From the NCBI GenBank assembly GCA_016235455.1, contig JACRKZ010000045.1:2807-54281 (forward strand): a stretch of DNA of 51,475 nt. The letters are read 5' to 3'. The position numbers and the translations under genes are program-made. Below are positions 28,679 through 39,486 of the stretch, in pieces; position 1 is the stretch's first letter, and each line of letters starts with the position of its first letter. The notes beneath the pieces are model-generated. The model had not been told where the DNA came from. It did no database searches and worked only from the letters and a program-made list of their open reading frames with translations. This DNA is from Armatimonadota bacterium (GTDB taxonomy: Bacteria; Armatimonadota; UBA10988).

Positions 28679-29581
28679 ATGGGCGAGTTCTTCAAGGTTG
28701 GCGGGCGGTATCAGAACCGCATTGGCGAGTACGAGGTGATCGAGGTCAAGACCCCGATGCTGCATATCCGGTACGTGGAAAACGGCCGGCTGCAGGATGT
28801 CGAGGAGGAGTTGCAGGAGCGCATCGTGCGCAACCTGCAGCGCGAGATCGATATCGCCAACAAGCCGCCAGAGGCCAAGCGTGTCTCCGAGCGGCCCAAG
28901 GCGCCGCGCCGCAAGCGCGCCAAGTACGAGGGCTTCCAGGCCGAGGACTTCCTCGACAAGACCACGGGCGGCTCCAACTGGCGCACCAAGGCGGGCCTGG
29001 CCGGCTGGCTGGCCGAGTCCCTGGCCGAGCGCTGTGGCACCGACTTCGACTCGTGGGCGCCGCAGAGGCAGACCACGGTCTACGTGACCACGCCCGACCA
29101 GTGCGGCTCGGAGCACCTGTCCGATTCGGTGCAGTATTTCGTCAGCACCACTGGCGCCGGCGCCACCTACGGCCTGCTGGTGCGGCGTCCCGCCGACACC
29201 GCCGAAGGCATGTCCGCCTGGGACCGGCTGCTCAGCACGCTCAGCGACGACGAATCGCTGGCCGCCTCGCTCAACGACCTGCTGACCAACGGCTCGGCCG
29301 AGCTGTCCTGGTATGGCGACACCTGGGGCCCAGGCGAGCGCGAGACGGTGCGCGGTGATGAGACCGGCCTGACCTTCGACCGTGGCAACGCCACCGAGAT
29401 GGACAGCATGGACGGCCTGATCGAGCGCCTGCAGGATGCGCCGCAGGACCAGAGCGTTACGCTGACTATCGAGAGCGGGCTCAGCGTCACCGACGCGATT
29501 GCCGCCGGCGCCGGCGTAGCCGACCAGCTTCTGGAATTGATGGTGGCGCTTAGCGGCCTGTTCGGCGCGTGCGCCGGGTAG
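28679..29581 (+). CDS. Hypothetical cytoplasmic protein
   Basis: Strong coding bias; ATG at 28679 preferred over TTG at 28649; no family recognised. Confidence 0.7.
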   Translation: MGEFFKVGGRYQNRIGEYEVIEVKTPMLHIRYVENGRLQDVEEELQERIVRNLQREIDIANKPPEAKRVSERPKAPRRKRAKYEGFQAEDFLDKTTGGSNWRTKAGLAGWLAESLAERCGTDFDSWAPQRQTTVYVTTPDQCGSEHLSDSVQYFVSTTGAGATYGLLVRRPADTAEGMSAWDRLLSTLSDDESLAASLNDLLTNGSAELSWYGDTWGPGERETVRGDETGLTFDRGNATEMDSMDGLIERLQDAPQDQSVTLTIESGLSVTDAIAAGAGVADQLLELMVALSGLFGACAG

Positions 29582-29597
29582 TCGCCGCCCAGGATTC

Positions 29598-31514
29598 ATG
29601 GCCATGAGCGAAGCCCCAGAACAGCGACTCCCCTGGCGCGGTCTGGCTCTGGGGCTCGTGCTCATTCCGCCGACCACCCTGTTCGGCGTGTACGCCTACA
29701 TCGTCGCGCAGGCCACGCTGTGGGGCCAGACCTCGCTGCTGCGCGGACCGGTCTTCCTGCTGTTTGGCCTCGTGCTGGTCAATCTGCTGGTCAAGAAGGT
29801 CAAGGCCCGGCTCGGCCTGACCGAGCAGGATCTGCTCCTCTTCTACACCATCCAGTGCGTGGCCACGGCGCTCAGTGGCATCGGCTGGAGCCAATTCCTG
29901 GTGCCCGCGCTCGGCTCCGCCAAGTACTACGCCACCAACGAAAACAACATGCAGCGCTTTTGGGAGCACATTCCCAACGGCTGGTGGATCCACGACAAGG
30001 ACGTTATTCAGGCCCTGTATCGCGGGCATTCCACGCTCTATGACGCGGGCAACTGGGCCGCCGTGTGGCGCCCCTGCCTGCACTGGGGCATCTTCATGGT
30101 GCTGCTGGCGGTCGCCGCGCTGTGCGTGGGCCAACTGCTCCGTGAGCAGTGGGTGGCGCGCGAACGGCTGACCTTCCCGCTGGCCTATCTGCCCATCGAA
30201 ATGAGCCGCGACGGCGGCAGTCGGGCGCTGTGGACCAACCGCCTGCTGTGGGCCGGCTTTGCGCTGGCGGCGTTCATCGACTGCGTCAATGCGCTGCACT
30301 TCCTGGTGCCCTCGGTGCCCGAGATCACCGTCAAGCCGATCAACGGCCTGAAGATCGACGCGGCATTCACCACTCGGCCGCTGACCGGGCTCAAACCGTT
30401 CGTCTTCGCCTTCTACCCGTTCATGATCGGCATCGGCTTCCTGCTGACCACCGATGTCTCGTTCAGTTGCTGGGCCTGGTACCTGCTGATCAAGGTGGTC
30501 AGCCTGCTCGGCGTGCAGTTCGCCTGGTGCGACAACCCGCTGCAGACCGGCGGCTTCCCGTATCTGCCCGAGCAGAGCGTCGGCGCCTTCATGGCGTTGG
30601 CCGCGCTGGCTGTGTGGCGCTCGCGCGGCGACATTCTCTCCTCGTTCCGGCCCGGCGGGCAGGTCAACCGCGTGGCGCTCGGCGGGCTGTTCGGTTCGCT
30701 GGGGCTCATCGGCTGGCTGGTCTGGCGGCAAGGACTGCCCGCCTGGACCGGCGTGGCCTGGCTCGCGGTCTACATGGTCTATTCCATCGGCTGCGCGCGC
30801 ATCGTCTCGGAGACGGGCTCGGGTTGGACCTGGTCGCCGCGCCTCAATCCACACGACGTGCTGCTGCGCATGCCCGGCGCGCCGTCACTCAATCCGCGGC
30901 AGGCCACCGTCTTCGCCTGGCTCATGCCGTTCGACATGGACTTCCGCGACAACGTGCTGCCGCAGCAACTGCAGGGCATGAGGCTGCTGCCCGACGATGC
31001 CGGTCGAGGCCGACCGTTGCTGTGGGGCCTGTTGCTGGCCATCATCATCGGTGTCGCCGCGGCACTGTGGGCGCACCTGCATGTCTACTTCCAGTACGGC
31101 ATCGATTCCGCGCTGACGCGACGTTGGCCGGCCCAGGTGGGTCGGCAGCCGTTCGACGTGCTGGTCAACCAGCTCAAGGGGCAGGCGCCGGGTCCCTACA
31201 GCCTGGGTGGCGTGGGCTTCGGCGCGGCGATGTTGTTGGCGCTGGTGGCGCTTCGTACGCACATCCTGGCGTGGCCCCTGCACCCCATCGGCTACGCCCT
31301 GGCCCTGACGCCGTCGCTGGACTACCTGTGGATGCCTTTCCTGGTGGCCTGGGCCATCAAGAGCATGGTGCTGCGCTGGGGTGGCATGAAGCTCTACCGG
31401 CAGCTCATGCCGTTCTTCCTCGGGCTCATCCTGGGTGACTACGTGGTGCCGCTGCTCTGGGCGCTGTACGGCACGCTGACCAGTCAGCAGATGTACCTGT
31501 CGTTCCCGCACTGA
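29598..31514 (+). CDS. Polytopic membrane protein, DUF6785/DUF6784-like (putative transporter)
   Basis: Many TM segments; QW..RERLTFPL, WPLHPIGY and PFFLGLILGD motifs. Confidence 0.8.
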   Translation: MAMSEAPEQRLPWRGLALGLVLIPPTTLFGVYAYIVAQATLWGQTSLLRGPVFLLFGLVLVNLLVKKVKARLGLTEQDLLLFYTIQCVATALSGIGWSQFLVPALGSAKYYATNENNMQRFWEHIPNGWWIHDKDVIQALYRGHSTLYDAGNWAAVWRPCLHWGIFMVLLAVAALCVGQLLREQWVARERLTFPLAYLPIEMSRDGGSRALWTNRLLWAGFALAAFIDCVNALHFLVPSVPEITVKPINGLKIDAAFTTRPLTGLKPFVFAFYPFMIGIGFLLTTDVSFSCWAWYLLIKVVSLLGVQFAWCDNPLQTGGFPYLPEQSVGAFMALAALAVWRSRGDILSSFRPGGQVNRVALGGLFGSLGLIGWLVWRQGLPAWTGVAWLAVYMVYSIGCARIVSETGSGWTWSPRLNPHDVLLRMPGAPSLNPRQATVFAWLMPFDMDFRDNVLPQQLQGMRLLPDDAGRGRPLLWGLLLAIIIGVAAALWAHLHVYFQYGIDSALTRRWPAQVGRQPFDVLVNQLKGQAPGPYSLGGVGFGAAMLLALVALRTHILAWPLHPIGYALALTPSLDYLWMPFLVAWAIKSMVLRWGGMKLYRQLMPFFLGLILGDYVVPLLWALYGTLTSQQMYLSFPH

Positions 31515-31520
31515 CGCCCG

Positions 31521-32150
31521 TCACACCAACGCCAGTTGCTCAGGCCGCTGCAGGGCCTCGCCGTAGCAGGCTGCCAGCAGGTCCAGCAGGCGTGCTGGGT
31601 CCTGCTCGGCCAGCGGGTGCACCATCAGATGCATCGGCAGTGGCGGCACGGATTCGCGGCCGCAGTGCTGCAAGTAGGCCACGTTGACGGCCAGTTTGGC
31701 GCCCAGACGGCGATAGAAGGTGATGCGGCGCTCGGCCTCGCCGGCCTGCTCGGCTGACCGCGCCAGGTCAGGCCGCTCCACTTCGAAGGTCAGTGCGCCG
31801 AGATTGGGCATCGTGGCGACGGCCTGGCCGAGGACCGCGCGATAGGCCCAGGCGCCAAGGCCCTGGCCGCGTCGCCTCGGGTGCACCCACAGGTACCACA
31901 AGCAGGCGAGGCCGACCGGATGGGCACTCCACATGGCCAGGCCGGCCGGCTGGTCGTCGTCGTCGAGCACCACCAGCAACGGCGTGTCCGCGGCTCCGGG
32001 TGGGTTGGCATCACCCACACCACGTGCCTTGAGCAGGCGGTGCAGGTGGCTCAGCGGCAGTTGCTCCTCGCTCGGGAAGCCGTCCTGGAAGCCGTCCAGG
32101 AAGAACTCGTAGAGCGGGTCGAACAGCGACTCCAAGCGGTGCAGCCTCAA
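31521..32150 (-). CDS. GNAT-family acetyltransferase
   Basis: YLWVHPRRRGQGLG motif A; RRITFYRRLG. Confidence 0.85.
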   Translation of the reverse strand: MRLHRLESLFDPLYEFFLDGFQDGFPSEEQLPLSHLHRLLKARGVGDANPPGAADTPLLVVLDDDDQPAGLAMWSAHPVGLACLWYLWVHPRRRGQGLGAWAYRAVLGQAVATMPNLGALTFEVERPDLARSAEQAGEAERRITFYRRLGAKLAVNVAYLQHCGRESVPPLPMHLMVHPLAEQDPARLLDLLAACYGEALQRPEQLALV

Positions 32151-32175
32151 GGTCGGGCCTCCGGCCGGGCAGGCG

Positions 32176-33861
32176 TCAGTTCTGCGCCGGATTGACGATG
32201 CGCACCTCGGCGATGTAGGCGGTCAGCGGCCTGCCGTTGGCGCTGGCCAGCACCGCGGCGCGGACCTTGGTCCAGTCCAGTCGTGGGTTCTCGGCCTTCA
32301 GGCTACGTAGCGGCACGCGGATGGTCTGCCACTCGGTGGTCACCGCGGCCAGCCGGTTGAGCGCCAGCAGCGCCATTTCGGGCTGGTCCTGACCGTCCAC
32401 CAGTCCGACGCGGAACACCTCGCCGCCGGACCCGCCGCGCACCACGATCTCCAGGCGTCCGTTCTTCAGCCAATTGCCTTCGTTGCTGAGCCGGCCCGCG
32501 GCCAGTTCCAGCCGTGCCAGCCACCAGGCGAAGCCGGCTTCCTTGACCTCGAGCTTCAGCACACCCGCCGGCTGCGCGTCGTCGGCGGTGATGGGCAGCC
32601 GGCCGTCGTCGGCCACGTCGAACGCCGTCCTCATCTCCGCGGGCTCGAACTCGCGCTCGCCGCGGTTCGTGGCCCACACTGCGCGCAGCCGCGACTCGGC
32701 GCACGGCCCGAGCGGGCCACCACCAAAGTAGACCGACACCACACTCATGGGCCGCGTGTCGCCTGGGTCGAGCCGCGGCGTGCCGCCAGTGGCCGGCGCC
32801 ACCGGCCGTGGCCCCAGCGGCACCGGGAGGGTCGGCGTCGTCGGCGTGGGCGGCGTCACTCCCGCGGGCGGATCGGTCGGTGCCGGCGGCTTGGCCCCGC
32901 CGCCATCGGTGGCCTGGACGACGCGGATCGGTGGCGTGGGTGGCGTGGGCGGCGCCGTCGGCGTGGTCGGGATGGGTCGCTGCACCAGCCGCGGTTCGGA
33001 TGCCTCGGGCGCGACCGGCACGGGCGGCAGGTCAGTGGTGCGCATGGCCGGCGGATCGGTCGGATCGGAGCTGCTGGGGCTGGTACTCTCCGCCCCGCCG
33101 GTCAAGCGTGCCGGCGCCAGGGGCGCCGCGGGCGGGATGACGGGTAGCATCGGCGGCGTCACGGGCGGAATGACCGGCGCGGGCACGGGGCGCGTCGGGC
33201 GGGTCACGGTGGGGGTGACCACCCAGGCTGGTCCTGCGTCGCCGTCGGCGGTCTGGATGAGGACCTGGTCGACATCGACGGTGCCGGCCGACGGTCGTGA
33301 CGACCCGAACACCAGGCTGGCCAGATGGTCCATGTCGAGTGCGGGCATGAGCGCCGAGAACTCGGTCAGGCGTATGCGGTAGAGCGTCCAGGCGTTGGCC
33401 ACGGGGCCGTAGCGGGCCAGCGGCAGGCGAATGGCGTGACGTGGCACCGCGCCGTCGCGCAGGCCGACCTCCAGGCCCTCGGCGGCGGCATCGCCGCGCA
33501 CGGCGAGGACCAGGACCAGGTCGCGCGCGTCGCCCAGGGGGGCCAGCGATGGCAGCGGAAGTTCGGCCTCCCAGTCGCCCCAGGCGGCCGAGGCCAGGTT
33601 GATGCGGAGGCAGACCCGGCCGGCATACGGAGCTTCATCGCTGACGGGCAGTGTGCCCGCGGCGGTGATGTGGGCGACCGTGGCGGCTTCGGCGGGGGTC
33701 ATGCGGCCAAAGCGCGCTCCGCCGTAGCCGACGGTCAGGCGCGAACCCGGCACACCCTCGGCCGGAGCTTCGTCGAAGACGGCCAGTGCCCGTGGCTGTG
33801 CGGCCCAGAGCCCGCTGGCGGCAACGACCCACAGGCAGCAGCAGATCAGACAGCGTCGCAT
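32176..33861 (-). CDS. Secreted protein with two CBM-like beta-sandwich domains and a Pro/Thr linker
   Basis: Signal peptide from ATG 33861; two homologous blocks (VRG...VGL.DG...W....I.L...LD); long PT-rich linker. Confidence 0.7.
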   Translation of the reverse strand: MRRCLICCCLWVVAASGLWAAQPRALAVFDEAPAEGVPGSRLTVGYGGARFGRMTPAEAATVAHITAAGTLPVSDEAPYAGRVCLRINLASAAWGDWEAELPLPSLAPLGDARDLVLVLAVRGDAAAEGLEVGLRDGAVPRHAIRLPLARYGPVANAWTLYRIRLTEFSALMPALDMDHLASLVFGSSRPSAGTVDVDQVLIQTADGDAGPAWVVTPTVTRPTRPVPAPVIPPVTPPMLPVIPPAAPLAPARLTGGAESTSPSSSDPTDPPAMRTTDLPPVPVAPEASEPRLVQRPIPTTPTAPPTPPTPPIRVVQATDGGGAKPPAPTDPPAGVTPPTPTTPTLPVPLGPRPVAPATGGTPRLDPGDTRPMSVVSVYFGGGPLGPCAESRLRAVWATNRGEREFEPAEMRTAFDVADDGRLPITADDAQPAGVLKLEVKEAGFAWWLARLELAAGRLSNEGNWLKNGRLEIVVRGGSGGEVFRVGLVDGQDQPEMALLALNRLAAVTTEWQTIRVPLRSLKAENPRLDWTKVRAAVLASANGRPLTAYIAEVRIVNPAQN

Positions 33862-33867
33862 GGCGCT

Positions 33868-33896
33868 AGGGTACCCCAGCGTCGAGTCGCCGGCAA
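33868..33896 (-). promoter_or_regulatory. Promoter TTGCCG-N17-TACCCT, 6 nt before the ATG (leaderless candidate)
   Basis: Minus strand reads ttgccg gcgactcgacgctgggg taccct agcgcc ATG. Confidence 0.5.
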
Positions 33897-33898
33897 TG

Positions 33899-35302
33899 CT
33901 ACTCGGGCTTGCCTGCCTCATTCTTGGGCTTCTCGGGTGCCTTGGGCTTGTCGGGCGACTTAGGCGTGCCGCCGTCGCGGCTCTTGCCGGCGGTGTCCGG
34001 TGCTTTGGTGTCGCCGGACTTGGCGCGCTCGCCGGACTTGGGGTCGCCGATGATCTTCACCTGGCCAGGCTGCGGCTCGGTATGGTGCGGCCGGGGCGGT
34101 GGTGGCGCGTGGGTGTCATCGTCGCCCGGATCGGGCTCGATGACCTCATGCTCGCGGGCCTTGCCATTGCCGTTCCCATTCGCATTGCTCTTGCCCAGCT
34201 TGGACTTGGCGTCCTCGTCGGCCTCGCGCTTGGCGCTATGGGCGGTCATGGCCACCGGTGCGGTGCGCGGGTCGAAGGCGTTGAGGATCGGCCCCTGGTC
34301 GAAGGTCACGCCAAGCGCGGTGGTCAACATGGCCACGGCTTCGGGCTTGCGGACGTACATGAACGGGCTGTGGTAGTCGCAGGGCAGCGTGTCGGTGGTG
34401 ATGGTCTGCGAGTTCACGTCCTTGAGGAAGGCCATCAGGGCCATCAGCTGGCGGTCGCTCAGATCCGTCTGCACGTAGCCGCGCACGGCCTGGAGCACCG
34501 CGGGGAACTTCACCAGATTGCCGGGCTGCAGGATCTTGGCGGCCAACTGCCGCATGCACTTCTGTTGGCGCTGCACACGGCCCAGGTCGCCCATGGGGTC
34601 GGACACGCCGTTGTTGTTCTTGCGCCAGCGCACGTAGCCCTGGGCCTGGATGCCGGTCAGATGCTGCGGGCCCTTCTTGAGGTGGACGTGGAAGTCCTGC
34701 CAGTTGTCGTCGTAGTTCATGTCGCGCTCGACATCAACGTCGACGCCGCCGACCTTGTCGACCATCTCGATGAAGCCGTGGGCGTTGGTCTTCACATAGT
34801 GGTGAACGCGGATGCCCAGGTTGGCTTCGATGGTCTCGATCAGCTTGGGCACGCCGCCGTTGCGGTGCGCCGCGTTGAGCTTGTGGCCGGTGCCCTTGAG
34901 GCCGGGAATGGTCACGCGCAGGTCGCGCGGCAGGCTCAACACGTAGACTTGCTTGGTGTTCTGGTCCAAGCTGATCAGCATGTTGGTGTCGGAACGGGAA
35001 TCTTCCTTGGTGATCTGCTGGTACTGGTTGATGGGTACGTCTTCGCCCACCAGCAGGATGTTGGCGCGCGGGCCGCGGTCGAACATCAGGCCCGCCGGTG
35101 CCATCACGTCGAGCGCGTTGTTGCGGATCGTCTTGGCGAAGCTCTCGCCGGGCTTGCGGTTCATCAGGCCGAACACCGCCACCGTCGTACCGGCCACGGC
35201 GACGAAGGTGACGAGCATGACGGCCAGGAGTTTGATGAGCTTCTCAGCGGGCGACTGGCTACGACGTCGGGGCTCGGGCTGCGGGCCGGCTTGCTGCGCC
35301 AA
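33899..35302 (-). CDS. LytR-CpsA-Psr (LCP) family protein
   Basis: NILLVGED, RSDT, LSLPRDL, KLNAA, YVRWR, DLGRVQRQQ. Start placed at the TTG with SD GGAG because the ATG at 35359 overlaps the -10 box. Confidence 0.9.
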   Translation of the reverse strand: MAQQAGPQPEPRRRSQSPAEKLIKLLAVMLVTFVAVAGTTVAVFGLMNRKPGESFAKTIRNNALDVMAPAGLMFDRGPRANILLVGEDVPINQYQQITKEDSRSDTNMLISLDQNTKQVYVLSLPRDLRVTIPGLKGTGHKLNAAHRNGGVPKLIETIEANLGIRVHHYVKTNAHGFIEMVDKVGGVDVDVERDMNYDDNWQDFHVHLKKGPQHLTGIQAQGYVRWRKNNNGVSDPMGDLGRVQRQQKCMRQLAAKILQPGNLVKFPAVLQAVRGYVQTDLSDRQLMALMAFLKDVNSQTITTDTLPCDYHSPFMYVRKPEAVAMLTTALGVTFDQGPILNAFDPRTAPVAMTAHSAKREADEDAKSKLGKSNANGNGNGKAREHEVIEPDPGDDDTHAPPPPRPHHTEPQPGQVKIIGDPKSGERAKSGDTKAPDTAGKSRDGGTPKSPDKPKAPEKPKNEAGKPE

Positions 35303-35357
35303 GTAGGTCTCCAGGGCCGTAGGGCGTGGCACGAACCAAGCCAGTGGACCCACTATC

Positions 35358-35386
35358 ATCGTATCGGCCGAGTGGCCTCATGTCAA
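35358..35386 (-). promoter_or_regulatory. Promoter TTGACA-N17-TACGAT for the LCP gene
   Basis: Near-consensus hexamers and spacing. Confidence 0.65.
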
Positions 35387-35484
35387 TTGGACGGACTCGG
35401 CGAGTATGACGTTCCGGTGGCGTCGCAATCACGCAACAAGGAGGCCGTCAGCGTGGCGCCAACTAGGCGGCGAGGAGACCGCCC

Positions 35485-36519
35485 ATGAAGGCTGCAAGAC
35501 TCCACGGACCCCGCGATCTGCGGGTGGACAGGGTGGCTCCACCGGGCCCACCGGGGCCAGGGGAGGCGGTGGTAGCGGTTCGCGCGGTGGGTCTGTGCGG
35601 ATCCGACCTGCATTACTGGCTGGACGGGCGCATCGGGGAGACCAGGCTCGAGCGGCCGCTGATCATGGGTCACGAGCCGGCCGGCGAGATCGTTGCCGTG
35701 GGTGACAACGTCACCCATGTGCGGCCCGGCCAGCGCGTGGCCATCGATCCCGCGGTGCCCTGCGGCTACTGCGAGTGGTGTGCGGCCGGCCACCCCAACC
35801 TGTGCCCGCACGTGCGCTTCTTCGGCTCACCGCCCACCGACGGCGCGCTGCGCGAGCAGCTCTGCCATCCGGCCGAGTGCCTCTTCCCGCTGCCCGAAAA
35901 CCTGACCTTCACCGACGGCGCGCTGTGCGAGACGTTGGGCGTGGCCATCCATGCCGTGGATCTGAGCCATCTGCAGCCGGGCCAGACGGCGGCCATTCTG
36001 GGCTGCGGGCCGGTCGGGTTGATGACGCTGCAAGTGGCCCGCTGCGCCGGCGCGGGGCCCATCTACGTGGCCGACGAGGTGCCCGAGCGGCTGGCCATGG
36101 CGCAGGCCCTTGGCGCCGAGCTCGCCATCGACGTGCGCATGGTGCCGTCGGAACGCGCCATCTTGGACCTGACTGATGGTCGGGGCGTGGATGCCATGTT
36201 CGACTGCGCCACGTCCTCCGAAACGCCGGCCCAATGCTGTGAGGGCACCAAGATCGGCGGCCGTGTGGTGCTGGTGGGCATTCCGCCCGAGAACAGCTTC
36301 ACGCTGCACCACGCCTCGGCCCGGCGCAAGGGCTTGACCGTCAAGTTCGCCCGGCGCATGCCCGCGGTCTATCCGCGCGCGCTGCACCTGGCGTCGCGCG
36401 GCATGGTGCAGATGGACGTGCTGGCCACGCACAGCTTCCCGCTGGACCGCGCGCCCGAAGCCTTCGCCGTGGCCGCGGAACGGCGCGACGGCGTGATCAA
36501 GGCTGTCGTCGAGATCTAG
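35485..36519 (+). CDS. Zn-dependent alcohol/polyol dehydrogenase (MDR family)
   Basis: [18 protein letters not shown]...NLC, GCGPVG. Confidence 0.92.
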   Translation: MKAARLHGPRDLRVDRVAPPGPPGPGEAVVAVRAVGLCGSDLHYWLDGRIGETRLERPLIMGHEPAGEIVAVGDNVTHVRPGQRVAIDPAVPCGYCEWCAAGHPNLCPHVRFFGSPPTDGALREQLCHPAECLFPLPENLTFTDGALCETLGVAIHAVDLSHLQPGQTAAILGCGPVGLMTLQVARCAGAGPIYVADEVPERLAMAQALGAELAIDVRMVPSERAILDLTDGRGVDAMFDCATSSETPAQCCEGTKIGGRVVLVGIPPENSFTLHHASARRKGLTVKFARRMPAVYPRALHLASRGMVQMDVLATHSFPLDRAPEAFAVAAERRDGVIKAVVEI

Positions 36520-36533
36520 GAGAGATACAACCC

Positions 36534-37507
<974 letters not shown>

Positions 37508-37511
<4 letters not shown>

Positions 37512-37536
37512 CAGCCACCAGCGCCATGAGTACGAT
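37508..37536 (+). promoter_or_regulatory. Promoter TTGACA-N17-TACGAT
   Basis: Near-consensus; upstream of the first TorF-like gene. Confidence 0.6.
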
Positions 37537-37640
37537 TCCGCAAGACGCAGTTGCGTTGGGGGTCGGGTGACTGGCCCCCAAGGTGTCGCTTTGGCGGGAC
37601 CCTAGCGACGGCCGCCGAAGCGCGCGAGGGAGGGACCACA

Positions 37641-38426
37641 ATGCGCAGGATCGTACTCTCGTTGGCTTGTGCGGCGCTGCTTGGCGGCGCGGCATCGGCG
37701 CAGACTGACCCGTGGATGTACCTGGACATGGCGCAGGCCGAGGCGCGCGATGGGGCGGCTCCCAAGTGGAGTGCCGCGGTGAGCGCCAAGGGCGATGCCC
37801 TATCGCAGTACACGTACCGCGGCCAGGGGCTCAGCAAGCACGTGCTGTCGGCCAGCTTGGCCGGCGCCGTGACGTACGACGGTTGGCTCACCGCGCGCCT
37901 CGGCACGCGCTACGTGGAGTCGATGCTGGCTCACAACGCGTTGGGCAGCCAGGACAACGTCTTCGACGCATCGCTCGCCGCGGCACGGCCGGAGTGGCCC
38001 GTGACGGTGACGGGTGGCTGGCGGTACCGCGCTGGGCAGATTGGCGCCAACCGGCGCGAAGCCTACCTGGGGTTGGACAGCAACCCGAAGCGCTGCAAGA
38101 TCGCCGACCTGAGCGGCGAGGTCTCGTGGGGCTACAATGCTCCCTACTATGTCGTAAGTCTCGGCGCCAGCCGGGCGTTCGGCTTCTGGAAGTCCACCAA
38201 GGTGACCAAGCCGACCCTCAGCGCTGTCTACGAGCACACCTTCGGGCCGGGCACCAACGGCACCGCGGACTTCGCGCTGCGCGCGCGCACGTCGTACAAG
38301 CTGACCGACGAGCTGCTGATCACGCCGCGGGCGGAGTTGGTCTTCCCCGGTGGCGGCACATTCGAGTCGCGCGACGTCCTGCCTGGGATAGGCGTCACCG
38401 TGGCGTACTCGCCCAAAGCCTGGTGA
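37641..38426 (+). CDS. TorF-like putative outer-membrane beta-barrel, paralogue 1
   Basis: Signal peptide from ATG 37641, SQYTYRGQGLS motif, alternating beta-strands, terminal Trp. Confidence 0.6.
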   Translation: MRRIVLSLACAALLGGAASAQTDPWMYLDMAQAEARDGAAPKWSAAVSAKGDALSQYTYRGQGLSKHVLSASLAGAVTYDGWLTARLGTRYVESMLAHNALGSQDNVFDASLAAARPEWPVTVTGGWRYRAGQIGANRREAYLGLDSNPKRCKIADLSGEVSWGYNAPYYVVSLGASRAFGFWKSTKVTKPTLSAVYEHTFGPGTNGTADFALRARTSYKLTDELLITPRAELVFPGGGTFESRDVLPGIGVTVAYSPKAW

Positions 38427-38446
38427 GTCGACGCGCATCATGGCTG

Positions 38447-38485
38447 CAACGGCCCGCCGGCACTTCCGGCGGGCCGTTGTCGTTT
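38447..38485 (+). terminator. Intrinsic terminator
   Basis: CAACGGCCCGCCGG-cactt-CCGGCGGGCCGTTG, a 14-bp stem, followed by TCGTTT. Confidence 0.75.
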
Positions 38486-38527
38486 ATGGGGTATGAGCCT
38501 CGTGGCCAGGCTGCCCGCAGCGTCGAT

Positions 38528-38557
38528 TTGACATGCACCCGGCCTTTTGGCTACGAT
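38528..38557 (+). promoter_or_regulatory. Promoter TTGACA-N18-TACGAT
   Basis: Same hexamers as the promoter of paralogue 1. Confidence 0.55.
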
Positions 38558-38659
38558 GTGGATTGATCGGTTTCTCCGGCGCACTGAGCGAGCGCCCGGG
38601 CACAAGGTTGCCGCAGCCGAGCTGAAAGAACGCAGCCGCGGCACGGAAGGAAGAGAACC

Positions 38660-39385
38660 ATGAAGCGCACGATCGCTCTCGTGCTGGGCTGTGTGGCGCT
38701 GCTTAGCAGTGCTGCCATGGCCAAGGACTTCACGTACATGGCCGGCGCCGATGCCACTGCCATGACCCAGTACACGTTCCGTGGTATGGGTCTGAGCAAG
38801 CATTTCATGGCGGCCGACGTGCACGCTGGCGTCAGCTACAAGGGCTGGCTGACCGGTCGCGCCTCGGCGTGGTACGGGCAGTCGATGCTCGCGCACAACC
38901 CCTGGGGCAGCCAGGAACAGATCTATGACCTGTCCCTGACCGCCGCGCCGTCCAAGTGGTACGTCGCCGTCACTGGTGGCTGGACCTACTACGACGGCCA
39001 GATCGGTGGCGACAACCGCGAACTGTACGCGGTGATCACCGCCGCGCCGCGCGCCCACCTGCCGTTCAACGCCGGGCTGGCCGTGATCTGGGGCTACAAT
39101 CAGCCGTACTACGCGTTCATCCCGCACGCCAGCAAGACCTGGGCGCTGCCCGACATCAGCGACAAGCTTTCCTTGACGCTGTATGGCGAGTATGCCCATG
39201 TCTTCAGCCCCGGCTTCGACTCGCTGTCGGATGCCAAGGCTTCGGTGGCGTTCGACTACCAGCTCACCCAGCGCGTGGTCATCACGCCCAAGTTCGAGCT
39301 GGTGGCCCCGGGCAACTGGGTCCCCGAGACGCGCGCGCTGATCCCCGGCGCCAGCATCAACGTGGCCTACAACACCAACTTCTGA
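38660..39385 (+). CDS. TorF-like putative outer-membrane beta-barrel, paralogue 2
   Basis: Signal peptide, TQYTFRGMGLSKH, SMLAHN shared with paralogue 1, terminal Phe. Confidence 0.6.
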   Translation: MKRTIALVLGCVALLSSAAMAKDFTYMAGADATAMTQYTFRGMGLSKHFMAADVHAGVSYKGWLTGRASAWYGQSMLAHNPWGSQEQIYDLSLTAAPSKWYVAVTGGWTYYDGQIGGDNRELYAVITAAPRAHLPFNAGLAVIWGYNQPYYAFIPHASKTWALPDISDKLSLTLYGEYAHVFSPGFDSLSDAKASVAFDYQLTQRVVITPKFELVAPGNWVPETRALIPGASINVAYNTNF

Positions 39386-39416
39386 GCCTGAGCTGCGCTC
39401 TGGCACAGAACAAACC

Positions 39417-39445
39417 GCGGCCCGTCGGCTCTGCCGGCGGGCCGT
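39417..39445 (+). terminator. Hairpin homologous to the one after paralogue 1
   Basis: GCGGCCCGTCGGC-tct-GCCGGCGGGCCGT. Confidence 0.55.
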
Positions 39446-39449
39446 TGGC

Positions 39450-39479
39450 TTGACCGGGGTCTGACCACGCGCTTACAAT
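39450..39479 (+). promoter_or_regulatory. Promoter TTGACC-N18-TACAAT, 7 nt before the GTG (leaderless candidate)
   Basis: Hexamer match; no SD before GTG 39487. Confidence 0.55.
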
Positions 39480-39486
39480 CCGCGCC

